Notes under the pieces: model-generated
What the model was told of the DNA's origin: nothing
Databases searched by the model: none
Seen by the model: only the letters and a program-made list of their open reading frames with translations
In this document: positions 16,867 to 26,245 of the stretch, piece after piece
Numbering within the stretch: the stretch's first letter is position 1
Layout: each line of letters begins with the position of its first letter
Position numbers and translations under genes: made by a program
Assembly (NCBI GenBank): GCA_022508635.1
Contig: JAFLUV010000001.1
Location: forward strand, 1 to 40,505
Direction: 5' to 3'
DNA length: 40,505 bases
Source: Prevotellaceae bacterium
GTDB taxonomy: Bacteria > Bacteroidota > Bacteroidia > Bacteroidales > Bacteroidaceae

Positions 16867-18021
16867 TTACTCTTTCAATTCCTCGAGTTCAGGCAGCTTG
16901 ATTACCATGCCTACAGGCACATTGTCGGGATTTTTAATACCATTATGCACAACGATGTAGTATACAAAATTCTTATTGCCGTATTCCTGTAAAGCCATCT
17001 TTGTCAGATAATCACCCGACTTCATGACATGTGTCTTCCGAGTTCCTACGATGCGATACCTGCCTCCGGGCACTTGTGCAAGTGATTCACCATCCTGATT
17101 TACCTGACGAACAGAGATGTTGGGTACGGCAGGAGCAGGCGTTACAGAATCAGGCACAATGGGAAGAGTATCCCTCACGAAAGTCTGTGTAGTTGACGTC
17201 TTGCAGGATACACGTGAAATCTCGGTCTTTGGCGTCCGCTCCCGTGGAGGGTTAGGTTCATGAGATAACAGATGATAAAAGCCGACGACGTAGCTGAATA
17301 TACAAAGCAATATGATGCCCAGAGTCAAAGCACCTATCTCTGCCCCTGTCAGGGCACGGATTTTAACGATAGGCTCCAAAGTTGGTTCGGAAGTCTGCTT
17401 TGCCTCAGATTCAGGAATAACGACAGGCTCCGAATCAAGTTGTGAAGCAGATTCCAGAGCTGGCTCTTGTTCGGATTCTAATTCTACTTCTGTTTTCGCC
17501 CTATCTTCTAATTCCTGTTTAGATTCTACAGAGAGTATCGACTCCGGATTTTGTTCTGCCTTTTGTTCTGTCTCCATCTCAAACCCCTGCTCTTCTATAT
17601 CAGACATTGAGGTGTTTGTTTCTTCTCCCTCGTTTTCTTTCTCTGCTGCTGGCATCCCCTCTTCCCTGTCAATACGTTCCATCTCCTCTATGTTTGTGGC
17701 TTCATTGATAACGACGGTCTGAAAATCGGCAAAAGGTTTGTTGACCAAATCCCGAAGCACAGTATCTGGCGTGAAGGAGAGTCTGGTATGTCCGGGAATG
17801 ACGATGCGCTCACCGCTATTAACATTGATACTTTCGCGGTCAAGCACTTCGATGAGTTTGAACGTACCCAGTCCTTTAACCTTAACAAGCTTGTCTGTCG
17901 TAACATTCTGGATAATAGAATCAAAGAATTCACGCAGAAAGGCTTCTGCACTTCGCTGCGAGATATTTTTTTTCGATGCCAGCTGCTTTGCCAGCTGCGA
18001 AAGATTTATTTTGGTGTCCAT
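16867..18021 (-). CDS. membrane-anchored HU-fold DNA-binding domain protein with C-terminal LysM-like domain
   Basis: 384 aa. N-terminal HU/IHF-like region (LVKVKGLGTFKLIEV...GERIVIPGHTRLSFTP), a Glu/Ser/Pro-rich linker of about 110 aa, a single TM (GALTLGIILLCIFSYVVGFY) and a C-terminal LysM-like segment (HVMKSGDYLTKMALQEYG...NPDNVPVGMVIKLP). Confidence 0.8.
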   Translation of the reverse strand: MDTKINLSQLAKQLASKKNISQRSAEAFLREFFDSIIQNVTTDKLVKVKGLGTFKLIEVLDRESINVNSGERIVIPGHTRLSFTPDTVLRDLVNKPFADFQTVVINEATNIEEMERIDREEGMPAAEKENEGEETNTSMSDIEEQGFEMETEQKAEQNPESILSVESKQELEDRAKTEVELESEQEPALESASQLDSEPVVIPESEAKQTSEPTLEPIVKIRALTGAEIGALTLGIILLCIFSYVVGFYHLLSHEPNPPRERTPKTEISRVSCKTSTTQTFVRDTLPIVPDSVTPAPAVPNISVRQVNQDGESLAQVPGGRYRIVGTRKTHVMKSGDYLTKMALQEYGNKNFVYYIVVHNGIKNPDNVPVGMVIKLPELEELKE

Positions 18022-18032
18022 GGTCAGCTCTG

Positions 18033-18335
18033 TTAAAAATCACCCGATTCTTCACTTTGATTTTGCTTCACTCTGTCTTTAAGCGAAGTATTGGGCTTAA
18101 AGCTTACCGTCATTTTCGGTGGCACAAGCATACGCTGTTTGGTAATGGGGTTGAACAACACACGTTCTAGTTTCTTCTTGACCTCGAAGGTGCCAAAACC
18201 TTGGATAGCAACAGTATTTTCCTCAGTAAGTTCGTTGGTAATGACGGAGACTACTGCATTGACCAGTGATGTCACTTCGCGGTTGTTGTACTGAGTACGG
18301 TTTGTCAGGTCAGAGATAAATTCCTTATTGTTCAT
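18033..18335 (-). CDS. hup: HU/IHF-family DNA-binding protein
   Basis: HU signature QGFGTFEVKKKLERVLFNPITKQRMLVPPKMTVSFKP. I chose the ATG at 18335 (MNNKEFISDL). The tracked ORF extends to an ATG at 18368 that would overlap the rimO stop. Confidence 0.85.
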   Translation of the reverse strand: MNNKEFISDLTNRTQYNNREVTSLVNAVVSVITNELTEENTVAIQGFGTFEVKKKLERVLFNPITKQRMLVPPKMTVSFKPNTSLKDRVKQNQSEESGDF

Positions 18336-18357
18336 GCTTTGAGCAGGATAGGAGGAG

Positions 18358-19725
18358 TTAGTGTTCAATATTCAAAGGCCGTGCATAGAGGTCGAAGTCG
18401 TCAGCACTTACGATTTCTGCCACACAGAAGTTTCCAGGACGGAGGCTTTCATCTCCAGACAGAGAGGGGACGATGGCATCAGATTTCCTAATGAGTACTT
18501 CTGGATCTACCTCAGGCGAGTCATACTCGGTACGCCCCACGAGGTAATCACCTTCTTCACGGTCTATAACGATACGCATTTGCCGCCCTACTTTTTCCTG
18601 CTGCACGTCAGCACTGATCTGTTGTTGTACGCGCATGAGTTTGCTGAGACGTGCCTGTTTCACATCATCGGGAACATCATCCTTATAATGCTCTGCACTG
18701 TAAGTTCCCTCTTCTTCACTATAAACGAAAGCACCCATGCGCTCAAACCTCGCCCACTTAACAAACTCAATGAGCTGGCGGAAGTCGTCTTCTGTTTCGC
18801 CAGGATAACCTACCATAAACGTAGTACGCAAATGGATACCAGGCACTTCACAACGTATTGCCTTGACAAGGTCGTAGGTCTGCTGACGTGTGATGTGTCG
18901 CCGCATGGCGGTGAGCAGGCTGTCTGAAATATGCTGCAAGGCAATATCAAGGTACTTACAAACGTTGTCACGACGCGCCATGACATGCAATAATTCAGTA
19001 GGGAAGTCAGTGGGATAGGCATAGTGGAGCCTGATCCATTCCACACCAGGGACATCGGCAATGCGATCCACCAGCTCCGCTATCACACGTTTGCCGTAGA
19101 CATCTGTACCATAGTCCGTTAATTCCTGTGCAATGATCTGAAACTCCCTTACACCTTTTGCCACCAGCATTTCCACTTCTGCCACAATATCTTCCATAAG
19201 GCGACTTTTCTGCTTGCCTGTGATAATGGGGATGGCGCAGTAGGCACAATGACGATTGCAGCCTTCACTTATTTTGATGTAGGCATAATGAGGCGGAGTA
19301 GTAAGGCAACGGTCGTTGGCTGCCTCTGTGTGGTAGACGCCACCCAAGTCGGTGATAATCTGTTTCCAATCAAACTTGCCATAAAAACGATCCACTTCGG
19401 GCAGTTCCGTCTGAAGTTCCTGTAGGTGTCGTTGCGAAAGGCATCCCATGACAATGAGTTTCTGAAGCTTTCCTTGCTGCTTGCGTTGCGCCAGCTTCAG
19501 AATCATATTGATACTCTCCTCCTTTGCGTCAGCAATGAAACCACAGGTGTTCACAATGGCTATCTCGCCGCAAGGTTCTTCAGCATCGTGTGTCACGTGG
19601 TAACCGCACAACTCCAGCTGTCGGATGAGCTTCTCACTGTCCACAAGGTTCTTGCTGCATCCGAGGGTGATGAGGTCAATGGAGCTACATCGTCCGTCCT
19701 TGGGAGAAGATATCTTGCGCATCAT
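18358..19725 (-). CDS. rimO: ribosomal protein S12 methylthiotransferase RimO (radical SAM, MTTase N-domain plus TRAM)
   Basis: ITLGCSKNLVDSE N-terminal cluster, radical-SAM motif CNRHCAYC and a C-terminal TRAM-like segment. The tracked ORF start at 19752 is a TTG. The first ATG is at 19725. Confidence 0.88.
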   Translation of the reverse strand: MMRKISSPKDGRCSSIDLITLGCSKNLVDSEKLIRQLELCGYHVTHDAEEPCGEIAIVNTCGFIADAKEESINMILKLAQRKQQGKLQKLIVMGCLSQRHLQELQTELPEVDRFYGKFDWKQIITDLGGVYHTEAANDRCLTTPPHYAYIKISEGCNRHCAYCAIPIITGKQKSRLMEDIVAEVEMLVAKGVREFQIIAQELTDYGTDVYGKRVIAELVDRIADVPGVEWIRLHYAYPTDFPTELLHVMARRDNVCKYLDIALQHISDSLLTAMRRHITRQQTYDLVKAIRCEVPGIHLRTTFMVGYPGETEDDFRQLIEFVKWARFERMGAFVYSEEEGTYSAEHYKDDVPDDVKQARLSKLMRVQQQISADVQQEKVGRQMRIVIDREEGDYLVGRTEYDSPEVDPEVLIRKSDAIVPSLSGDESLRPGNFCVAEIVSADDFDLYARPLNIEH

Positions 19726-19767
19726 ATTTGAGTTGGATATTCGTTCATTCAAATAAAGCGACCTAAA

Positions 19768-20724
19768 TTAAGAAGTCTGGAACAGTGAGTCGACAAACTC
19801 ACGACGGTTGAAGGGTTGTAAGTCTTCGGCACGTTCACCGAGACCGATATAGCGGACGGGTATCTTGAATTGGTCGCTGATGCCAATGACTACTCCACCC
19901 TTGGCACTACCATCAAGCTTGGTGATAGCAAGACTTGTAACATCTGTGGCAGAAGTAAACTGCCGTGCCTGTTCGAAAGCATTCTGTCCAGTACTGCCGT
20001 CAAGCACGAGCATCACGTCGTGCGGTGCTTCAGGAAGAAGTTTTCGCAGTACACGCTTTATCTTCGTGAGTTCGTCCATGAGTCCCTTTTTGTTGTGCAA
20101 ACGACCAGCCGTATCTATAAGCACGACATCGGCTCCTCCGGCGATGGCGCTGTTCAGGGTGTCATAAGCCACGCTTGCAGAATCACTGCCCATCTTTTGC
20201 TTCACCACAGGCACACCTATCCGTTCACCCCAGATACTTATCTGTTCTACAGCAGCTGCACGGAAAGTATCGGCCGCTCCTAACCAGACTTTCAGTCCTG
20301 CCTGTTTGAACTGATACGCCAGTTTACCGATAGTCGTGGTCTTGCCCACACCGTTTACACCAACCACAAGGATAACATAAGGGTGTATTGCGTCAGGAAT
20401 ACTGAAGCCTTCGGTATCGTTGGCATTGTTCTCGGTAAGCAGCTGGGCAATCTCATCGCGTAGGATATTGTTGAGTTCACTGGTTGTGACGTACTTGTCG
20501 CGTGCTACACGTGCCTCAATGCGCTGGATGATGTTGAGCGTTGTATCCACGCCCACATCGCTCGTCACAAGCACTTCTTCCAAATTGTCAAGCACCTCGT
20601 CGTCCACTTTCGACTTGCCGGCAACAGCTCGGGTCAGTTTTCCGAAGAAGCTCTCCTTCGTCTTTTCAAGACCCTGATTCAGTGTCTCCTTTTTCTCTTT
20701 GCTAAAGAAATTAAAGAATCCCAT
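19768..20724 (-). CDS. ftsY: signal recognition particle receptor FtsY
   Basis: SRP GTPase motifs GVNGVGKTTT, DTAGR and TKLDG. The ATG at 20724 (MGFFNFFSKEKK) lies 24 nt downstream of a TATCTTTG -7 box. The tracked ORF start at 20784 is a GTG upstream of that box. Confidence 0.93.
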   Translation of the reverse strand: MGFFNFFSKEKKETLNQGLEKTKESFFGKLTRAVAGKSKVDDEVLDNLEEVLVTSDVGVDTTLNIIQRIEARVARDKYVTTSELNNILRDEIAQLLTENNANDTEGFSIPDAIHPYVILVVGVNGVGKTTTIGKLAYQFKQAGLKVWLGAADTFRAAAVEQISIWGERIGVPVVKQKMGSDSASVAYDTLNSAIAGGADVVLIDTAGRLHNKKGLMDELTKIKRVLRKLLPEAPHDVMLVLDGSTGQNAFEQARQFTSATDVTSLAITKLDGSAKGGVVIGISDQFKIPVRYIGLGERAEDLQPFNRREFVDSLFQTS

Positions 20725-20748
20725 ATCTTTTCGTCTTAATTTTGTGCG

Positions 20749-20756
20749 CAAAGATA
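20749..20756 (-). promoter_or_regulatory. -7 box TATCTTTG upstream of ftsY
   Basis: The minus strand reads TATCTTTG (TAnnTTTG), 24 nt upstream of the ATG at 20724. I saw no clean -33 TTTG. Confidence 0.5.
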
Positions 20757-20932
20757 GTAAAAAAAGTCGAATCCATCGCAACACTTCTTTATATATTTAT
20801 CTTACAATGGAGCAATATAGTAGCTGACGCAAGCCATAATCATTGGAAAAATTATTACGCTTTCGTTTGCATTCACCAGACACATTTCAAATAGGCAAAC
20901 AGTATCCTAAAAAACACTTAACTATTACCCAT

Positions 20933-20998
20933 AGTTTTAATTAACTATTTCTGAAGTTTTAGCTAAGTGTTTTGAAAGTTTTAGTTAAGTATTTCTGA
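20933..20998. repeat. three phased 22-bp tandem repeats with TTAnnTAA cores in the ftsY-topA divergent region
   Basis: The units are agttttaattaactatttctga, agttttagctaagtgttttgaa and agttttagttaagtatttctga, exactly 22 nt apart. The cores are TTAATTAA, TTAGCTAA and TTAGTTAA. The flanking aaaacactta (20911-20920) is the reverse complement of taagtgtttt (20964-20973). Confidence 0.8.
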
Positions 20999-21360
20999 GA
21001 TACCATTTTCAGACAAAACAAGAATCGCAAGTCGCTTATTTCCAAATTATTATAATTTAATACTATAACAAGGATGCCTATGGGTAGCCTAAATTGAATA
21101 TCCTGCATGCTTGATTCTACCTTCCCTCCATTTCTTCAAGGAAAAGGAAAAATGCAGATATTAAGACTGCCTAACGGTATAAATCGTTTTCTCTGCGACA
21201 AGATGCCACATAACCTTGGAATAGCATTCCCTAAATTTTTACACGCGCATACGCATAAGGAACTTAATGTACATATTAGCGATACATACTATAAAAGCAT
21301 TTTTTACAGATGAAACGAAAAAATTTTCATATAAATAATGTGTAGTTTTAAAAAATGCCT

Positions 21361-21368
21361 TACCTTTG
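21361..21368 (+). promoter_or_regulatory. -7 box TACCTTTG upstream of topA
   Basis: TACCTTTG (TAnnTTTG) lies 27 nt upstream of the ATG at 21396. Confidence 0.5.
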
Positions 21369-21395
21369 CGCCCAAAAATCAAACAAAACCTGACA

Positions 21396-23735
21396 ATGAA
21401 AGAGAATCTGGTAATCGTGGAGAGCCCTGCAAAGGCCAAAACCATCGAGAAGTTTCTTGGAGACAAATATAAGGTCCTGTCAAGCTACGGGCACATACGC
21501 GACCTAAAGAAGAAAACGTTCAGCGTGGACGAAAAGACGTTCGCTCCGCAATACGAGGTACCTACAGACAAGGCAAAACTCGTGGCACAGCTACGCAGCC
21601 AAGCAGAACAGGCAAGCATGGTTTGGCTGGCATCCGATGAAGACCGTGAAGGAGAAGCCATCAGCTGGCATCTGTACGAAGTGCTCAACCTAAAACCGGA
21701 AACCACCCGTCGCATCGTCTTCCACGAAATCACAAAGCCCGCCATATTGGAAGCCATCCAGCACCCGCGGCAGATAGACCTCAACTTGGTGAACGCACAG
21801 CAGGCTCGTCGTGTGCTGGATCGCATAGTAGGTTTCAAGCTCAGCCCCGTACTCTGGCGCAAGGTAAAGCCGAGCCTTTCGGCAGGCCGCGTGCAAAGCG
21901 TTGCCGTGCGTCTCATTGTAGAGCGTGAGCGCGAAATACAGAACTTCCATAGCGAAGAGAACTATCGCATCACAGCCACCTTCCTTAATACCGATGGCAA
22001 CGAGGTAAAAGCTGAGCTCAATCGGCGTTTCCACACAATCGAAGAAACACACGCCTTCCTCGAAAGTTGCCGTAACCGCAAGTTCAGCGTACAGGATATC
22101 ACCATGAAGCCCGTCAAGCGTACGCCGGCACCGCCCTTCACCACTAGCACCCTGCAACAGGAGGCAGCACACAAACTGGGTTTCACCGTAGCACAGACTA
22201 TGATGATAGCACAGCACCTCTACGAGAGCGGACGCATCACATACATGCGTACTGACAGCGTCAACTTAAGCAAACTCTGTCTGGGTGCCAGCAAGAGCGT
22301 CATTGCAGAACAAATGGGGCAGGAATACGTCAAGACACGCCAATACCACACAAGCTCCAAGGGTGCACAAGAGGCACACGAAGCCATACGTCCCACCTAC
22401 ATGGATCAGATGCAGATAGAAGGCAACACGCAGGAACGACGCCTTTACGACCTCATCTGGAAACGCACAATAGCCAGCCAGATGGCGGACGCTGAGCTGG
22501 AACGTACACAGGTGACTATCAGCATTGAGGGTAAAGAAGAGACATTCATTGCCAACGGCGAGGTGGTCAAGTTTGATGGTTTCCTGCGTATCTACAGCGA
22601 CCAGAACAATGACACCGAGGGGGATGCCGAACGCGAGAACATCAGTACCCTGCCCGCCATGACCATAGGCGAGGATCTCACCCGCGAACAAATCACGGCC
22701 ACACAACGTTTCACTCAGCGTCCCGTCCGTTACAACGAAGCCAGCCTCGTGCGCAAACTTGAAGAGCTCGGCATCGGCCGACCCAGCACCTACGCCGCAA
22801 CCATCACCACTATACAGCAGCGCGAATATGTGGAGAAAGGCGACAAACCCGGCGAAGAACGCACGTTCCAGACAATCACTCTCAGCGGTGACAAGCTAAC
22901 CAGCGAACAGCACACCACCATCATCGGACAGGAACGTGGCAAGCTGCTGCCCACCGACACAGGCATCGTCGTCAACGGTTTCCTCAAAGAGAACTTTCCT
23001 GAAATCATGGACTACAACTTCACGGCCGACATCGAAAAGAAATTCGATGACATTGCCGAGGGTAAAATTGCCTGGGAAGGCGTGGTCAAGGAATTTTACG
23101 AGGGCTTCGAGCCACTGGTGGAAAAATCTGTCAACACCTTCACTGAACACAAAGTAGGGGAACGCTTGTTGGGCAACGACCCTGTCACGGGAGCGCCTAT
23201 CACCGTCAAGATTGGTCGCTTTGGTCCTGTCGCACAGATGGGAAGTACCGATGCTGGCCAAAAGCCGCGCTTCTCACAGCTGGCAGCAGGACAGACATTA
23301 GAGAGCATTACTTTGGAAGAAGCACTGGAGCTCTTCAGACTGCCACGCAAAGTAGGCATGTACGAGGGGGAGCCTGTCATTATCGGTGCAGGGAAATACG
23401 GTCCCTATGTTTCGCACAGGGGTTCCTATGTATCTATCCCGAAGGGTACAGACCCCATGAAGATCACCTTTGAGCAGGCTGTCATTATGATGCACCGCAA
23501 GCACATGGAGGAGGCAGAGCGGCACCTCAAGAATTTCAGCGAAGACACTGATCTGGAGATTCTTAACGGACGCTACGGCCCCTATCTCACACACAAAGGA
23601 ATAAACTACCGCCTGCCTAAGGCGCTCCACGAACGCGCCAAGGAACTGACCTACGAGGAGTGTATGCAGATTATTAGCGAACAGGGTGAAAGACCTGCCG
23701 CTAAAACCACCAAACGACGCTACACACGCAAATGA
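21396..23735 (+). CDS. topA: DNA topoisomerase I
   Basis: Toprim N-terminus LVIVESPAKAKTIEKFLG and DEDREGEAISWH, with the active-site region ITYMRTDS. The ATG at 21396 follows a TACCTTTG -7 box at 21361-21368. The tracked ORF start at 21366 is a TTG inside that box. Confidence 0.95.
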   Translation: MKENLVIVESPAKAKTIEKFLGDKYKVLSSYGHIRDLKKKTFSVDEKTFAPQYEVPTDKAKLVAQLRSQAEQASMVWLASDEDREGEAISWHLYEVLNLKPETTRRIVFHEITKPAILEAIQHPRQIDLNLVNAQQARRVLDRIVGFKLSPVLWRKVKPSLSAGRVQSVAVRLIVEREREIQNFHSEENYRITATFLNTDGNEVKAELNRRFHTIEETHAFLESCRNRKFSVQDITMKPVKRTPAPPFTTSTLQQEAAHKLGFTVAQTMMIAQHLYESGRITYMRTDSVNLSKLCLGASKSVIAEQMGQEYVKTRQYHTSSKGAQEAHEAIRPTYMDQMQIEGNTQERRLYDLIWKRTIASQMADAELERTQVTISIEGKEETFIANGEVVKFDGFLRIYSDQNNDTEGDAERENISTLPAMTIGEDLTREQITATQRFTQRPVRYNEASLVRKLEELGIGRPSTYAATITTIQQREYVEKGDKPGEERTFQTITLSGDKLTSEQHTTIIGQERGKLLPTDTGIVVNGFLKENFPEIMDYNFTADIEKKFDDIAEGKIAWEGVVKEFYEGFEPLVEKSVNTFTEHKVGERLLGNDPVTGAPITVKIGRFGPVAQMGSTDAGQKPRFSQLAAGQTLESITLEEALELFRLPRKVGMYEGEPVIIGAGKYGPYVSHRGSYVSIPKGTDPMKITFEQAVIMMHRKHMEEAERHLKNFSEDTDLEILNGRYGPYLTHKGINYRLPKALHERAKELTYEECMQIISEQGERPAAKTTKRRYTRK

Positions 23736-24259
23736 AAAGCATTATCCTGGTCGGTTATATGGGTTCGGGTAAGACAACGTTAGGGCGACAACTTGCAGCA
23801 GCCTTAGAGCGTACCTTCTACGACTTGGACTGGTACATAGAGATGCGCTATCGTCGCACCGTGGCACAACTCTTTGCCGAACATGGCGAAGAAGGCTTTC
23901 GCGAGATGGAACGCAACATGCTGCACGAGGCGGCAGAGTTCGAGGACATCGTGCTCAGCTGTGGCGGTGGCACACCTTGTTTCTTCGAAAATATGGACTA
24001 CATCTGCTCCGTAGGCGAGAGTGTCTACCTGAAAGCAACCCCCGAAATTTTGGCGCAGCACCTCCGCATGGGCAAGGTAGAGCGTCCGCTCATCAAGGGA
24101 AAGAACGACGAGGAATTGCTCGAATACATACGCACGTCTCTCCAACAACGTGAACCTTTCTATGCGAAGGCAAAGCACGTCGTCGATGTCACGCTGCTCG
24201 ACAACTACGACAAGTTGCAGACCGGCGTGCGCCTTATCCGACAGGAACTGGGAATATGA
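23732..24259 (+). CDS. aroK: shikimate kinase
   Basis: 175 aa. P-loop GYMGSGKTT, then DLD...FREMERNML and GGGTPCF. The start overlaps the topA stop (ATGA at 23732-23735). Confidence 0.9.
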   Translation: MKSIILVGYMGSGKTTLGRQLAAALERTFYDLDWYIEMRYRRTVAQLFAEHGEEGFREMERNMLHEAAEFEDIVLSCGGGTPCFFENMDYICSVGESVYLKATPEILAQHLRMGKVERPLIKGKNDEELLEYIRTSLQQREPFYAKAKHVVDVTLLDNYDKLQTGVRLIRQELGI

Positions 24260-24336
24260 ACTTTAACTTAAGTACACAGATTAGGGATTAAGGACAAGCA
24301 AGAAAGCTCTTAATTCAAAAAATAACTTGACTCGAA

Positions 24337-26229
24337 ATGAAAAAGTGGCGTATTGAGGACTCCGAAGAGCTCTACAATATCAAAGGCTGGGGAGTGAATT
24401 ATTTTGGCATCAACGAAAAGGGACACGTCTATGTCACGCCCAAGAAGAACAGCGTACAGGTTGACCTCAAGGAGCTTGTTGACCAGCTGGCCACACGCCA
24501 TGTGACGGCTCCCGTACTGCTCCGCTTCCCCGACATCCTCGACAACCGCATCGAAAAGACTGACGAATGCTTCCGAAAGGCTGGCAAAGAATACGACTAC
24601 AAGGGCGAGCACTTCATTATCTTCCCCATCAAGGTCAACCAGATGCGTCCCGTCGTGGAGGAGATTATCAGCCACGGCAAACGCTACAACCTGGGACTTG
24701 AAGCCGGTTCAAAGCCTGAACTGCATGCCGTGCTTGCCACGAACATGGACAGCGACAGCCTCATCATCTGCAACGGACACAAGGATCAGAACTTCATCGA
24801 GCTGGCTCTGCTGGCTCAGAAGATGGGCAAGCGCGTGTTCCTTGTCATTGAGAAGCTCCCGGAGCTGACCATCATTGCCGAGACAGCCAAAAAACTCGGC
24901 GTGCACCCCAACCTTGGCATCCGCATCAAGCTGGCATCGGACGGCAGCGGCAAATGGAGCGAGAGCGGCGGCGACGCATCAAAGTTCGGCCTCAACTCTT
25001 CAGAGCTCCTCATTGCACTGCAAAAGCTTGACGAGCTCGGACTGCACGATTGCCTGCGCCTCATACACTTCCACATCGGCAGCCAGATAAACAAAATTCG
25101 CCGTATCAGCACTGCCCTGCGCGAAGCAGCACAATACTACGTACAACTCCATGCGATGGGTTTCGATATCAAGTTCGTGGATTGTGGTGGCGGATTGGGC
25201 GTGGACTACGACGGAACACGTAGCAGCAACAGCGAGAGCAGCGTCAATTATAGCATCCAAGAGTATGTCAACGACTGCGTCTATACCCTCGTCGAGGCAG
25301 CCAACAAGAACGACATCCCCCACCCCAACATCATTACGGAGGGAGGTCGCTCGTTGACCGCGCACCACAGTGTGCTCATCATCGACGTGCTGGAAAGCGT
25401 ATCAGCACCACAGATGCCCGAGGACTTTGTGCCTGGAACTGACGACCACAAACTCGTGCACGACCTGACGGAAATATGGGACAAGCTCTCGTCGCGTTCA
25501 CTGCTTGAGGATTGGCATGACGCAGAGGACATCCGAGAAGAAGCGCTCGACCTCTTCCGCCATGGCATCATTGACCTCAAGACGCGTGCACAGATCGAGT
25601 CCCTCTATTGGGCTATCAGCCACGAGGTGGCAGAGCTGGCACACCACCAGAAACATGTCCCTGACGAGCTACGCAAGCTTGACAAACAAATGGCGGACAA
25701 GTATTTCTGCAACTTCTCGCTTTTCCAGAGCATGCCCGACTCATGGGGTATAGATCAACTCTTTCCCATCATGCCTATCGCACGCTTGGAGGAACAGCCT
25801 ACACGAAGCGCCACCCTGCAGGACATTACCTGCGACAGTGACGGCAAAATCACGGCATACGTCAACGGTGGACAACAGACAAACTACATACCGCTGCACC
25901 CCATACGCCCAGGCGAACATTATTATATAGGTGTGTTCCTCGTCGGGGCATACCAAGAGATACTGGGCAACATGCATAACCTCTTTGGTGACACCAACGC
26001 GGTGCACATCAGCGTGGACAAGGAGCAGTATGCCATCGAGCAGTTCATCGACGGCGAGTCCGTGGCTGACGTACTGGAGTATGTGCAGTACGACCCAAAG
26101 AAGCTGGTACGCCGCCTTGAGATATGGGTCAGCAAAGCCATCAAAGACGGAAAGATAACTCAGATTGAGGGCAAGGAGTTCATCAGCAACTACCGCGCCG
26201 GACTCTACGGATACACCTATCTGGAATAA
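24337..26229 (+). CDS. speA: biosynthetic arginine decarboxylase
   Basis: 630 aa. The N-terminus WRIEDSEELYNIKGWG, the PLP-lysine region FPIKVNQ and HFHIGSQ are characteristic of SpeA (Orn/DAP/Arg decarboxylase family 2). Confidence 0.93.
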   Translation: MKKWRIEDSEELYNIKGWGVNYFGINEKGHVYVTPKKNSVQVDLKELVDQLATRHVTAPVLLRFPDILDNRIEKTDECFRKAGKEYDYKGEHFIIFPIKVNQMRPVVEEIISHGKRYNLGLEAGSKPELHAVLATNMDSDSLIICNGHKDQNFIELALLAQKMGKRVFLVIEKLPELTIIAETAKKLGVHPNLGIRIKLASDGSGKWSESGGDASKFGLNSSELLIALQKLDELGLHDCLRLIHFHIGSQINKIRRISTALREAAQYYVQLHAMGFDIKFVDCGGGLGVDYDGTRSSNSESSVNYSIQEYVNDCVYTLVEAANKNDIPHPNIITEGGRSLTAHHSVLIIDVLESVSAPQMPEDFVPGTDDHKLVHDLTEIWDKLSSRSLLEDWHDAEDIREEALDLFRHGIIDLKTRAQIESLYWAISHEVAELAHHQKHVPDELRKLDKQMADKYFCNFSLFQSMPDSWGIDQLFPIMPIARLEEQPTRSATLQDITCDSDGKITAYVNGGQQTNYIPLHPIRPGEHYYIGVFLVGAYQEILGNMHNLFGDTNAVHISVDKEQYAIEQFIDGESVADVLEYVQYDPKKLVRRLEIWVSKAIKDGKITQIEGKEFISNYRAGLYGYTYLE

Positions 26230-26245
26230 CAACAACGAACTATAT

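Noticed and set aside
20725-20784. N-terminal extensions from the ORF track (ftsY GTG 20784, topA TTG 21366, PAP2 TTG 8122, rimO TTG 19752, DUF58 GTG 15738, flavodiiron gene 26165)
   Set aside because: These are non-ATG starts, or they overlap the upstream gene. For ftsY and topA the extension runs through the TAnnTTTG -7 box. In every case an internal ATG gives the canonical family N-terminus.
21107-21466. 68-aa (plus) and 75-aa (minus) ORFs in the ftsY-topA intergenic region
   Set aside because: They are AT-rich and overlap each other. I saw no promoter box placed in front of either, and the translations look like random AT-rich sequence. The 75-aa ORF also runs antisense across the topA promoter and start.
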